From a virus: a stretch of 64,000 bases of DNA. A program made the translations under genes and the position numbers. Numbering within the stretch: the stretch's first letter is position 1; the number at the start of each line of letters is the position of its first letter. This document shows, in pieces, positions 19,801 through 29,719 of the stretch. The notes below the pieces were generated by a model. It searched no databases. It worked only from the letters and a program-made list of their open reading frames with translations, and was not told the DNA's origin. Where the stretch lies: positions 32,001-96,000 of IMG/VR virus record IMGVR_UViG_3300029812_000326; one strand, given 5' to 3'.

Positions 19801-22800
19801 ACTTCTTGAACTTATAAGAGAAAATCAAAAATATCTCCATATCAGAAATTCGACGTATCCTGATTTGGAACTTCCAATTATCGCAGATTCTCCTGATTTT
19901 TGGTTTTTCCGAGAACCATTATATAATGATAACATTCGAGAATTTGCCGATGTAATAGTCAGTGGGCATGAAGATATAGTTCTTAAATTGGCGAAACTTA
20001 ATTCTATGAATAAACAAGGAAAAGCAACTACCCAATTGGCTAAATTAGATCAAATTGCTAAAGAAGCCAAAATTAAAGAAGTTTTGGTTTCAGAAGAACT
20101 CAATAAAAATTTATTGAGCTATTTAAGAGATGCAAATGAAGATTTACAATTCAATATAGAAAGATCTAAAGATCTTAAAGAAAATGCACATCTTATGATG
20201 GAAACAAAGCGAAATAAATCTCAAGAATATTCGGGGCGCGCAGATGAATCGACATTAAGAAGCAGATTATCAAGGATTAAACATGATATGGAATATTATA
20301 ACGATTCGTTGAAAATTATAAATTTAATAGAATTAAAAAACATGGATTTCCAAACTACGGGCGATCTGTTGGATATTGCATTAGTTTTAGCAAAAAATTG
20401 GGGAATTTGTACTCCGAGGGATGCGCAACTTGAAAAACAAATGCTTCAAGATGCTATGAATCTTGATGAAAATAAAACTTTAAGATTGGGTCGGGCATTT
20501 CCAACTTTTAAATTATATTTTATAGAAAAAGATAAAGAAGAATGGTTATTGTTTGATGATTTTTATGGATATGGCGCAGTAAAAGAAATTCAAATAAGGA
20601 AAATTAGAAAATCTCCGATTCATACTGCGGTAGTTACATTATCAAATATCACTAATGTACTTCAGGATATTCATGCTCCAAAGAATGAAAATATTTCTAA
20701 ATCAGAAACGGCAGAAGAGCAACCAAATATTGACACTATGCTTCTTCAAGAAGGTTGTGAAATAATGATTAAGATGGGCTATGAAAATGATTCCAATAAA
20801 TTGAAAGTTGTATTTCAAGGATCGATTGTAAGTATACAGCCCGGACCAGAATTGCAATTTATTGCACAAGGGTGGGGAGCAGAGCTTGGCCAGCCAATTC
20901 AAGATTTTAGTGTTGGAAAATGGAGCACAATTCGGGATTTCGGAGATATAGCGACCGCAATTTTAAATAAAGTTTCTGGATTGAGGCATTTTGGAACAAC
21001 ATATAATTTAGCAGAAATGTTTGATGATCTACCAAATATTCAATACAGATCTGATCGTCGAGAAACATATGTTGGTAGATTGAAAAATTGGTCGCTTCAA
21101 GGATTGGGGCTAAATCCACTGCTTGATCATAGAGACGACAACGTTTGGTTGCCATATCATAGTCCTCCCAGCATTTGGTCGCTAGCCCATATTATAGAAG
21201 GAAAAGGATTTGCATTTGATTGGAGAGTATATAATAAAACCGCGTGGGATGCACTTGATGAGGTATTGAAATATATGCCGGGATATATTATGAAGATTTT
21301 GCCTTATAATGAAGATAATTTGCAGTCTGCTAGATGCACATTATATATAGGCCCAAGGGATGGATATTATATGGCTACGGATGATTCAGAAGTTGTCAAC
21401 AGGACATCGGAACATGATAAATATCAAGAAAGAAGAAATAGATGGTACATGCGCGTTAAAGGCATAAAAGCACCAACGAAACAAGAATTGATAATTAAAC
21501 TTAGAAATTTTAACATAGATTATGATAGCAATACAAGTATAATTTATAAAGAATTTATAAATCAAAACATTATTTGTCAAAATGATGAATGCAGCTTAAT
21601 GAAAGCAAGTCCATTTAATCCAACAGTAGTTCAATGGAGTGGACAATTATATACCATGGAAATTCTATTTGGAGGAAACGAAATATGTCATAAAATTAAT
21701 AAAGAACATTGGAAAAGACAATATTTTAATGTTTTAAATGGTTCAGGTATGACACGGGCCATCATGATATATGATGTTTATGACAAACTTCATTTCAAAG
21801 ATTTTGAAAGAGTCTACGGTAAAGCTAGCCTCTTTGAACGAGCAACTGAAGGAGTAGAAAGATTTACTTATGGGAAAGACGATAATCCTAAAAGGCTGGC
21901 CGGAAAACGAGGATGGAAACGAGCATGTAAAACTCATTTTATTGATAGTTATCATCACATAATTGAAAATAATATGAAAGCTTCGCGCGAAAATATGTAT
22001 AATAAGGTTCACTTAATCTATCCAAAAGGCGAACCTCAAATGGCTGCAAATGAAACGCAACTTAAAACTGGAGATTTATCTGAATTTGAAATGCTTGCAG
22101 ATGACAATATAAAACCTGATATGATAAGAACGCATAAATTATTTTTTACCAATATTGACGTTGATCGAACAAGAAATTTTATAGATTCAATTGGAAATGT
22201 TCTTAAAGGTCTTGGGCAAACGATTGGACTTAATGATCGTGGGAATTTTCCCGATATTCCACCATACGCAATAGTAGCGAATACGATACTCGCTGAAGAT
22301 TTGAAAGATATGTATGATGGAGAAATTATTATTTTGCTCGATCCAAATATTGATATTCATGATGTAGTCTATATATACGATGATGTAAATGAAATTTATG
22401 GGCCAGTTGGAGTAAAAGAAATTTATCATTATTTCTCTATGGCACATGGAGCTTATACAGTAATTGTGCCCGATCTTATGTCATATCCCAGTAATCTAGA
22501 ACAAACTGTTGAATTGGGTTATGCTTCAGCATTATATGCAGCATTAATTAAAATAGTCCTTGGTGGCATTTTAATTGGTGGAGGCGGCGCGCTTTTGGCT
22601 GGGAATTTGCTTGGACCATGGACTGGAGTAGGAGTCGCGGGATTTAGTTTGGCATTTACGTATAAACTTGCTTCTTCTATAGGTTCTGGTGGAATAAATA
22701 AACTCATGGGAAGAGAGGGTTCTGAATTCGTGCCCATATGGAGAAAGGGTGCCCCATTTCTTGCTGGAATGGATGGATATAGAAAAGATGATCTTATAGT

Positions 22801-22942
22801 TCATTATATGGATAAAATTACTCGAATAAGTGGAACGTTTAAACAACTGAGTGCAAGCCTAATTGGATTAAGAGATAAGCCAGAAGGTACACAAATGGCA
22901 TTACCAATTCTTGGATATAAAAACGAAAATTTAATTTTTTAA
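16808..22942 (+). CDS. Baseplate hub/tail-tip protein with N-terminal M15 zinc peptidase
   Basis: ITSGRR, SYHLTGHAAD, HLHIG (M15 Zn ligands); lies just before gp25-like and J-like genes; C-terminal glycine-rich hydrophobic segment. Confidence 0.7.
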   Translation: MKVYNPIEWNIGVHGGYDNPDDARNIVQPLFDLLNYLNRWCQDQGMNHIIITSGRREAKYNASIGGSPTSYHLTGHAADIAIIGRYNRWEQTMIYNWLHTVFADQLAQVLYHGTGGNYHLHIGIRKGSEGMGPLLETESKSEGIIEEKKPGTNSCNIMNDNIMGYNETIATQIPLDIYKTSYELLQDVTEEEKIDPLIALAQKPGSFKFGACWLTVPPTSIAFTEQNNIVGIPTLRTKGNVYWRTGINSINMDLEFLFPGLIQINDELRHIIAQIKRCPFLPFENYYLHSLIFPELKSAKPQPDIPYEFTTEEKTQHEKQTGTQDRLQQQQWRLKNKKIMDIVKSGDEKSLKEFIEKGKKYGYFIQDAESQEDRRERTEQLEKLYEWMGKYRHIDVDDTSGLSYRDQQMVAAIRSISITSVPGFPKTLQMNCSCDIFNYFPYTSAFSFIENETKNEVPVFNISKSALFGKYYKGMLTRNNAQEFKDAFESTTKLEAIGSDERMDYLHLRYIYSKESKNRAILAQRAILEYIQAIKDFGESYEAAPAAELYQNLFIFLTHPNFGGWQNLFDAPGNVIDAIKELGKDAVIAGKSIIAVVKFYQDSFGEYLLGINANNEIYVIGNRKGREYFLPLKDAIKNPEYRTRLLFYIKDYSVKIRSLQYNQRDLKLGDQNSQIVGISASMETKLVPMNILAFTKPTFQHLGNSEWVVTLTVETSDPNLIRDFRMMTERLNQTALSQIAVLPEIRDYADLSAQIVEGPFFKLLGIENIIPGNFRYSTVEGKPGIFHIQIDFVQSDLELKTYEALQAPAYFPSDFIKSFIKLIPVLLLENISSKLEADWNNYHIIHKYKIGMQLLHQTLENYPKWSKFLFYLCKPIPKSLCSESIPVYKFILNDISSELIAKKQQKDLFKWDWKDILMYAGAYFTARLGAGPGPVGDVRAHSGAMAAKFTFTNLLNTTIFAAYKGAVGRQLKATLNEAINRENVPSELKIDSTENGRKLLELIRENQKYLHIRNSTYPDLELPIIADSPDFWFFREPLYNDNIREFADVIVSGHEDIVLKLAKLNSMNKQGKATTQLAKLDQIAKEAKIKEVLVSEELNKNLLSYLRDANEDLQFNIERSKDLKENAHLMMETKRNKSQEYSGRADESTLRSRLSRIKHDMEYYNDSLKIINLIELKNMDFQTTGDLLDIALVLAKNWGICTPRDAQLEKQMLQDAMNLDENKTLRLGRAFPTFKLYFIEKDKEEWLLFDDFYGYGAVKEIQIRKIRKSPIHTAVVTLSNITNVLQDIHAPKNENISKSETAEEQPNIDTMLLQEGCEIMIKMGYENDSNKLKVVFQGSIVSIQPGPELQFIAQGWGAELGQPIQDFSVGKWSTIRDFGDIATAILNKVSGLRHFGTTYNLAEMFDDLPNIQYRSDRRETYVGRLKNWSLQGLGLNPLLDHRDDNVWLPYHSPPSIWSLAHIIEGKGFAFDWRVYNKTAWDALDEVLKYMPGYIMKILPYNEDNLQSARCTLYIGPRDGYYMATDDSEVVNRTSEHDKYQERRNRWYMRVKGIKAPTKQELIIKLRNFNIDYDSNTSIIYKEFINQNIICQNDECSLMKASPFNPTVVQWSGQLYTMEILFGGNEICHKINKEHWKRQYFNVLNGSGMTRAIMIYDVYDKLHFKDFERVYGKASLFERATEGVERFTYGKDDNPKRLAGKRGWKRACKTHFIDSYHHIIENNMKASRENMYNKVHLIYPKGEPQMAANETQLKTGDLSEFEMLADDNIKPDMIRTHKLFFTNIDVDRTRNFIDSIGNVLKGLGQTIGLNDRGNFPDIPPYAIVANTILAEDLKDMYDGEIIILLDPNIDIHDVVYIYDDVNEIYGPVGVKEIYHYFSMAHGAYTVIVPDLMSYPSNLEQTVELGYASALYAALIKIVLGGILIGGGGALLAGNLLGPWTGVGVAGFSLAFTYKLASSIGSGGINKLMGREGSEFVPIWRKGAPFLAGMDGYRKDDLIVHYMDKITRISGTFKQLSASLIGLRDKPEGTQMALPILGYKNENLIF

Positions 22943-22952
22943 AGGAGAAATT

Positions 22953-23531
22953 TTGATCAAGTTCTTTTCGCACATAGAGGAATACGACGGAAAAACCAAT
23001 CAAATTAAAGTCAAAGATGATGGAGGCATTGTTTATGTGGTGCCTCTTGCATTTGATGGTAGTATGATAAGAATAGATAAATATACTCCTGTAATTGTCA
23101 TAATGTCAGATCAAGCAATGGGCGATATTGATTTCGATAGTGAACAAAGAATCAGAATTGACGCAGTTGCAATTCCAATTTATAATAAGGAAAGATTGAA
23201 TCCAGATGAAGTTACTAATACTAGGAAACAAATTGGAAAAATAGCTAATAAGAAAATTGAATCTTATATAGAAACAGGAAATTCGGTTTGTATACATTCT
23301 GGCCATGCCGGAAAACAAACATTGACAGTTACTGGTAATCAAACTATAGTTGAAGATGCTAAATTTATGAATCCGGATTTTTCATATGGCGATTTTGCAT
23401 CTCCTGAAAATTTTCTATTAAGATTCCGTCCCGATTTTCCATATATATTACCTGAATTATTACCAAATGCAGATATATTTAAAAAAGCGGCGAAATTGGG
23501 CAAGGCATTGATTAAATTGATGAGGAATTAA
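22953..23531 (+). CDS. Hypothetical baseplate/spike-region protein
   Basis: TTG start with AAGGAG SD; synteny between hub and gp25-like gene. Confidence 0.45.
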   Translation: MIKFFSHIEEYDGKTNQIKVKDDGGIVYVVPLAFDGSMIRIDKYTPVIVIMSDQAMGDIDFDSEQRIRIDAVAIPIYNKERLNPDEVTNTRKQIGKIANKKIESYIETGNSVCIHSGHAGKQTLTVTGNQTIVEDAKFMNPDFSYGDFASPENFLLRFRPDFPYILPELLPNADIFKKAAKLGKALIKLMRN

Positions 23532-23578
23532 AATGGCTAAAAAGATAAATCGATGGTCAATGAAATGGAGAATATTAC

Positions 23579-24052
23579 ATGAGCGAAACCGATTTAATGT
23601 TATCTTATGAAGGTGGAGGAATTATCACAGACGACGGAGATTTAAAGTTGGTGCAAGATTTAGATGCTTTATCAAGAGAAGTTAGCAGAATAGTGCGAAC
23701 AGTTAATCCTGCATGGAAAATATATTCTAATATTGGGGCTGGAATAGGAGAATTCGTTGGGGAACCAAATACTCGTGGAACGGCTTTAGAAATCACAAAA
23801 CGCCTGAATTATGTGTTAAATCAAAATCAAATAGCTTATCCCGGACGCCTATTTGCCCGAGTGGTCCCATCTGGAGATGAATCATTATTGATTTTTATTT
23901 TCTTAAAAGATAGTCGGGGGACGCGGCTTCTCGATAAGGAAGTGTTTAATTTTATAGATGGCATAGCCGGACATATTTATGATCCCGCTGAAGTTAAAGA
24001 AATTGTACCTAATATTCGACATTCAGAACCAACGAATCCATATCTTAGGTAA
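23579..24052 (+). CDS. gp25/gpW-like baseplate (sheath initiator) protein
   Basis: DGDLKLV...NIGAGIGEFVGEPNT pattern, 157 aa, directly before J-like gene. Confidence 0.7.
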   Translation: MSETDLMLSYEGGGIITDDGDLKLVQDLDALSREVSRIVRTVNPAWKIYSNIGAGIGEFVGEPNTRGTALEITKRLNYVLNQNQIAYPGRLFARVVPSGDESLLIFIFLKDSRGTRLLDKEVFNFIDGIAGHIYDPAEVKEIVPNIRHSEPTNPYLR

Positions 24053-24056
24053 TATT

Positions 24057-24129
24057 GCGGAATTCAATAGCGAATGTCTAACCATTATGTGTGCATTGTA
24101 ATTGTTCGAAAAATAACAAAGTTTTATAG
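24057..24129 (+). pseudogene. Remnant of HNH endonuclease C-terminus
   Basis: Reads NV*PLCVHCNCSKNNKVL*; shares GCGGAATTCA and TGCATTGTAATT with the HNH at 30861-30911. Confidence 0.75.
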
Positions 24130-24135
24130 AAAGGA

Positions 24136-25380
24136 GTGATCACTTTGAGATTCTTAAGCAAAAGCAAAGACCAATTGATGCAAGAATCCAAAAATTATTT
24201 GATTGAAAATACCGAACTTAGAAATTTCAAACCGGGCAGTGTAATTCGATCAATTTTGGAAACTATAAATGGTCATATTGCGGAACAATATGAAATTATG
24301 ACAATGAATTTATTGCAAACATATGTAACGACTGCAGTTGGAGATGCACTTGATGAAATTGGAACTCTATTTGGATTAGTTAGAAATGAATCTCAACGGG
24401 CGATTGACACCTCTCATGCTAATTTTAGGTTTTATATTGATACATTGACTGGATACACCGCACAAACATTAGCTTCTGAACAATATATTGCAAATCAAAA
24501 TTCTGAGATTCCAGAAGTGTATGTTCATGAAAATAGTTTCACGATTCCAGCAGGAACTACAATATTTGCTGGTGATATTACTTACAAAACTACTGAAGAT
24601 GCGACGTTTTCCATGTCAACTACCGAAGTATATGTGCCCATTGTGGCGTCTGGATATGGACCATCTTTTAATATTCCGGCTTATCAATTGAAATCCTATA
24701 CATTGGGCGCCGAATTTTCCATAATTTCAAAATATTTTCATTGCGAAAATAGTCAAACTATAAGCTCTGGCAAATTCCAAGAAAGTGATGATGAACTTAG
24801 ATATAGGATAATTCATGCCCATGTGGATAGTGCTAAAGCCAATGAAATAAGTATACGTTTGGCAGCCTTATCTATTCCGGGTGTGATTGATATTGTCCTT
24901 CGAGAATATGCCGCTGGCATTGGAACATTTGCTGTTCATGTTATTGCGGAATCTCCTATTCCAAATGCTGGTTTGTTAAGCGCAGTCCAACAAGCAGTTG
25001 ATTCCACAAGAGCATTTGGAATTAAAGCTTTGGTTCAATATCCCGATTATAAAGGATTCGAAGGAACATTCAAATTGAGATTTATTCTTGAAACAACTGC
25101 GGATGAAAAAGTTTTAATTATGCAACAAGTTAAGATTGCCGCCGAATTATATATAAATAATTTGGGATTCGGCGGAGAATTTGTAGCTAACGAATTGATC
25201 CAAAGAATCATGGAAATCAATAATAAAATCAAAGATGTTTCTATTGTTACGTTTGGGGCTGGGAACTACAATCCCATAACTGGAATTAACGAAGATTACA
25301 ATCCGTTGATTTTTATGAACCAGCAAGTCGCGCAGGACGAAATGTGCATCGCTACCCCCGGAGGTATAGTAATTTGTTAA
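24136..25380 (+). CDS. Baseplate J-like wedge protein
   Basis: TAVGDALDEIG..FGLVR, IPAGT, ESDDELRYRI, ALSIPGV motifs. Confidence 0.85.
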   Translation: MITLRFLSKSKDQLMQESKNYLIENTELRNFKPGSVIRSILETINGHIAEQYEIMTMNLLQTYVTTAVGDALDEIGTLFGLVRNESQRAIDTSHANFRFYIDTLTGYTAQTLASEQYIANQNSEIPEVYVHENSFTIPAGTTIFAGDITYKTTEDATFSMSTTEVYVPIVASGYGPSFNIPAYQLKSYTLGAEFSIISKYFHCENSQTISSGKFQESDDELRYRIIHAHVDSAKANEISIRLAALSIPGVIDIVLREYAAGIGTFAVHVIAESPIPNAGLLSAVQQAVDSTRAFGIKALVQYPDYKGFEGTFKLRFILETTADEKVLIMQQVKIAAELYINNLGFGGEFVANELIQRIMEINNKIKDVSIVTFGAGNYNPITGINEDYNPLIFMNQQVAQDEMCIATPGGIVIC

Positions 25381-25389
25381 AGTTCAAAA

Positions 25390-27189
25390 ATGTTTGAAAT
25401 TTATAAAATATTACTTGATAAACATCTCGAATATCCACGATGGATGGATGTGGCAAATAATCCTAGGGATCCAATCTATCAGGCTATAGATATACATAAA
25501 AATCTACCTCTTCATATGACATCGCAGGTGCAGCCGCTGCTTGATGTATTTCATTGGAACGAACTTGAATTCCATACTATTATTAATGAATCTGGGAATT
25601 TTTTTGGAGACGGATGGGAAATTAAAAATGTAATAGATTATTCCGATTATGAAACGGACATTCCTACGAGTTTAGAATATATATTGACATTTTCTGGAGA
25701 ATTTCCTCCTGGTATCTATGAAAATTTATATTCAATTTGTTATGTGGATGATCTATCTGGATTTTTTTATGTTGCGGGAACCAGTGGGATTTATTCTATG
25801 GACTTGACTGGTTCAATATATGAATCATACTATTATAATTCGCGCCCCGTTGAAACGAAATTGAATATATTAAATGGGATGGCAACGTTGGATTGTTCCC
25901 CAATATTTGGTTCTTTCCATTTGTATAATATTTATAATCTTGATGCATTTGATAATGCAATTGAAATAGATGAAGACCAATATATTTTATCGGGTAATTA
26001 TATTTATATTCCAAATATTAGCGGCGTTTATTTGGCTGAATATAATTGCTGTTTATATCAGCCTCCTATAAATTTAAAAACAAAGAAAAAACCATGGTGC
26101 CATTATTCAGATAGTGGATTCTTAATATTTGGAAATTCATATGAATATGATGGCACACATATACATCTTGAAGATTGTGACATAGAATCCAGCGCGGATC
26201 GAACATTTTCTATTACTCCATTTAATTGCAGACCTTGGAAGTCATTAGAAATCTGCTATGAATATATAAGGCAATATCACATATTCTGGGATTCCTCTTC
26301 GCAATTGACAATATATCCTGTTTCGGGGGAAAATTTTTATCCGAAGCCTTCGGCATTTTCTCAAACATTAGAAAGTGATATAAATGCGTATTATTATGAT
26401 GGAAAATTATATGGAGAATATGTTCCTGGAAGTTCGGCATATTATAAATTCGAAATCAGTGGCGATTATTCTGAAGAATTATTAGATATTTATCCCGTAA
26501 ATGCGGGAATTTTAGATATTTTTTATTGGACACATGCCGCGATTTGTTATCCAATATCCGGACATAGTGCTTTAGAATATTCTGAATCAGGAGATATAAA
26601 TGACTACGTAATGGCTGGAAATCATTATGTTCCATCTACAATTGTTGATTTTTATGGGGATTCCGAATTTAGAGAACAAATTCGATCTGCCCCCATTAGT
26701 CGATTTTCTGCGAAAAAATTCATATATTGCAAAGGTATGACTAAATATTTTGATAAAACATTTTTCTTAACTGATGAATTGGTAATATATGATGATCATG
26801 GGAATCGTTATTATATATTGACAAAAACGCCAGAAGTATATTATATAGTTGACGGAACTGGCAATATTTATAGTCGTTCATATATGCATTTAGAATATAA
26901 TCCAGAAATTAAAGTAGTTGGATTGACATCCGTTGGGGACTACTTAGTTATTGGTTTATATTATAAAAGATTTATATTGATTTATTATAATCCGAGGACT
27001 GGGAAAAAAATTGGTTACGAATTCCAATTTGAATTGAAAGATCCGAAAGATTTTACCATTGGATATGATCGATTATATATTTTAGACGACAATAAAATAC
27101 ACGAAATTAAATTGAGACATGATTATAGTATATATGTCAATAATATGACATATCTACGAGAAAATTATGACAGAATTTGGAAAATCTGA
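25390..27189 (+). CDS. Baseplate-associated structural protein (YPxWM family)
   Basis: Tyr/acidic beta-rich; N-term similar to 28848 ORF, C-term similar to 27193 ORF. Confidence 0.5.
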   Translation: MFEIYKILLDKHLEYPRWMDVANNPRDPIYQAIDIHKNLPLHMTSQVQPLLDVFHWNELEFHTIINESGNFFGDGWEIKNVIDYSDYETDIPTSLEYILTFSGEFPPGIYENLYSICYVDDLSGFFYVAGTSGIYSMDLTGSIYESYYYNSRPVETKLNILNGMATLDCSPIFGSFHLYNIYNLDAFDNAIEIDEDQYILSGNYIYIPNISGVYLAEYNCCLYQPPINLKTKKKPWCHYSDSGFLIFGNSYEYDGTHIHLEDCDIESSADRTFSITPFNCRPWKSLEICYEYIRQYHIFWDSSSQLTIYPVSGENFYPKPSAFSQTLESDINAYYYDGKLYGEYVPGSSAYYKFEISGDYSEELLDIYPVNAGILDIFYWTHAAICYPISGHSALEYSESGDINDYVMAGNHYVPSTIVDFYGDSEFREQIRSAPISRFSAKKFIYCKGMTKYFDKTFFLTDELVIYDDHGNRYYILTKTPEVYYIVDGTGNIYSRSYMHLEYNPEIKVVGLTSVGDYLVIGLYYKRFILIYYNPRTGKKIGYEFQFELKDPKDFTIGYDRLYILDDNKIHEIKLRHDYSIYVNNMTYLRENYDRIWKI

Positions 27190-27192
27190 ATT

Positions 27193-27615
27193 ATGAGCGA
27201 ATCCGTTAAAAATTTCAACTGGTATTACAACAACAATAATGGTGACTATGAATTGTCTTGGGAGCATATGTCTGAAGCCGGCGCATTATTTATTGGCATA
27301 TCTGATATTCGGTTTTTGGATTTTGGGGATTGTGACAATATTGGGAATGCAATTTCCCATACATTTGGTGGCAATTTGAATGCATACTATGTTGCAATTT
27401 ATAAACCAACTGCCGATGTGGCAACGAAAATTAAAATTTATCCTCCTGGATTGTTGATGCGCGGTTATCAAGATGCTACTATAGGGAAAGATAATATCTT
27501 ATATATTGCAGATGGGATGGATTTATTAAAAATACAATTGTTTTTCGATTTTTGTAAAATTGTTGGTGGAAAGATATATACAAAAGAATTATATAATCGT
27601 CTGAGGATATTCTAA
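27193..27615 (+). CDS. Structural protein; last ~50 aa paralogous to C-terminus of 25390 ORF
   Basis: DATIGKDNILYIAD...IYTKELYNRL vs DFTIGYDRLYILDD...TYLRENYDRI. Confidence 0.5.
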   Translation: MSESVKNFNWYYNNNNGDYELSWEHMSEAGALFIGISDIRFLDFGDCDNIGNAISHTFGGNLNAYYVAIYKPTADVATKIKIYPPGLLMRGYQDATIGKDNILYIADGMDLLKIQLFFDFCKIVGGKIYTKELYNRLRIF

Positions 27616-27622
27616 TTTTATT

Positions 27623-28369
27623 ATGAAGATGAAAAAATGGTCTCAAAAGTATGGTGATTGTTGTATTGAATGTGGAACTACAGAAATTCCCCATAAAGGG
27701 CATGGATTGTGTAAAAAATACTGGGAAAAAAATTATCACAAAAAATATGATATTGAACATAAAGATGCTCTGCAAAAATATAGACACAATTATTATAAAC
27801 GAAACAGAAATAAAATTCTTATACGAAATAAACTTCGAGAAGCAAAAAATAAAGCTGCGCTTAAAATATATAACAAGATATATAAAAAAAAGTATTATCA
27901 AAATAATAAAACTAAATGTGAAAAATATCGTCGAAAATATTATCAGGAACATAAAAGAAAAATCATAGAAAATACTTTGCAGTATTATAATGATAACAAG
28001 AATCAAATGGATATAAAAAGAAAAAAATACCGACAATCATTAAATGGCAAAAGTATTTGTAAAATAACCAAACGAAAGTATAGGGCCCGGAAAAAGGGTG
28101 TTGATTTTTGGACCAAAGAGATGACTATTCGTTGGTGGTGGATGTTGGACGCAACTGAGGGATATTGTCCAATGTGTGGGAATCCATTTGATAATGGGGA
28201 ACATAAATTTACAATGGATCATATATTACCATTGAATTTAGTAGATAAATTAGGAAAAACTGAAGCAATTAAATTAGGCGCAATTCATCACATAGATAAT
28301 GTTCAAGTATTATGCATGAAATGCAATAGCAAAAAACATACGAAAATTCCAATATCAAAAAAGCAATGA
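27623..28369 (+). CDS. Freestanding HNH homing endonuclease (KWSxKY family)
   Basis: KKWSQKY..CIECG..GHGLC; CPMCG..TMDHILP...HHIDNVQVLCMKCNSKK. Confidence 0.9.
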   Translation: MKMKKWSQKYGDCCIECGTTEIPHKGHGLCKKYWEKNYHKKYDIEHKDALQKYRHNYYKRNRNKILIRNKLREAKNKAALKIYNKIYKKKYYQNNKTKCEKYRRKYYQEHKRKIIENTLQYYNDNKNQMDIKRKKYRQSLNGKSICKITKRKYRARKKGVDFWTKEMTIRWWWMLDATEGYCPMCGNPFDNGEHKFTMDHILPLNLVDKLGKTEAIKLGAIHHIDNVQVLCMKCNSKKHTKIPISKKQ

Positions 28370-28848
28370 TGAATTTTTATCATCCAAGCACTGGAAATCC
28401 CATATTTGTTTCCGGAATTGTATTCAGTGGCATAGAAGGAATAGATTGTCAAATACCAATTGATGAATTCCAATCAAGGACTTATGATGGGATGGGATCA
28501 GAATTAAATAATACGAAATATATAAATAAATATTTTGCCGAATCCAATAGATCAGTAAATAGGAAGCTATCTGAATTTGAAACAGAATATACAACGATTA
28601 AAATTACTGGCTTAGATGGCGACGAATATATTACTGCTTATGGGGAAACTCAGATAGAGCCGCCTGGTGGAAGCGGTAATGCATTGATATATGCATTTTG
28701 CCCAGGATATGAAGAATGGTACGAATTGGATAACTGTGCTGGAAAATCTATGAAATTAGATGTTGATGCCGGAATAACTTATATAGGCTTATCTGTAAAA
28801 TTAATAAAAGCCACGGATGGTCCTATAATTAATTTTTTGATTTATTAA
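28366..28848 (+). CDS. Hypothetical structural protein
   Basis: ATGA/TAATG overlaps with neighbours; SG-rich like neighbouring virion proteins. Confidence 0.5.
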   Translation: MMNFYHPSTGNPIFVSGIVFSGIEGIDCQIPIDEFQSRTYDGMGSELNNTKYINKYFAESNRSVNRKLSEFETEYTTIKITGLDGDEYITAYGETQIEPPGGSGNALIYAFCPGYEEWYELDNCAGKSMKLDVDAGITYIGLSVKLIKATDGPIINFLIY

Positions 28849-29675
28849 TGAATACGACTCTCAATATATTGCTTGAAAAATATCCCAATTGGATGAGATT
28901 GCGAAAAGTGGGAGATCCCATTCGAAGAATTTTCGAGTCTCTAGGAATTCAATTGCTTAACCTTGAAAGAGGGAATAGGCGGTCGTATTATAGCAGTTTT
29001 TTAGTCACAAGCGACGTAGATGCGGATTCCAACTATAATATGTATTATGTTCTTTCGGGAGATATTAATGAATTGAATACAATTTCTGGCTATTGTGATA
29101 CCATGGACGCTACTGGTGAAATAAATCTTATAAAATTAAATGAAGACGAAACTGAAAATTATTATCCAACTCGCGGATTCGCAATAGAAAAGATTTCACT
29201 GCCAGCATCCGGATATGTCACTGGACTTTGCTATCTGGACGAAATTGTATCGGGCGAGTTATTAATTAGCTATGACCAATGCTATTCGATATATTCTTTG
29301 GATGAAAATTATAATTCTTCAAATGGTATTTCGTATTGTTTAGCCACGGCTGATTTTTACTTAGAATTTGAACCACTTTCTGGAGATTTATATAGGGCTG
29401 ATTTATTTCATAAACCATTAACTTATGAATTCAAGGATATATATGACGAAGATGTTCCAATTAGTGGTATTTTCGTAGAAGATCAATATGCATTTGCTTT
29501 TGAAAATAATTTACAAAATTTTGGTAGAATTTTAGCTCACATGACATATGAATTATGCGCATGTCCTTATCGAATTAAAACTGATATGTATCGGTGGCAG
29601 TATTTTTATGAATCAGAAATGCCAGATATATTGTTGGCTAATTATGTAGTGCTTTCGGGATCGGAATTATGCTAA
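28848..29675 (+). CDS. Structural protein, N-terminal part of a 25390 paralog
   Basis: ILLEKYPNWM..DPI vs ILLDKHLEYPRWM..DPI. Confidence 0.5.
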   Translation: MNTTLNILLEKYPNWMRLRKVGDPIRRIFESLGIQLLNLERGNRRSYYSSFLVTSDVDADSNYNMYYVLSGDINELNTISGYCDTMDATGEINLIKLNEDETENYYPTRGFAIEKISLPASGYVTGLCYLDEIVSGELLISYDQCYSIYSLDENYNSSNGISYCLATADFYLEFEPLSGDLYRADLFHKPLTYEFKDIYDEDVPISGIFVEDQYAFAFENNLQNFGRILAHMTYELCACPYRIKTDMYRWQYFYESEMPDILLANYVVLSGSELC

Positions 29676-29719
29676 GAATATACGCTTCAAATAAATTAAA
29701 TAAAAAAATGAGATAAATT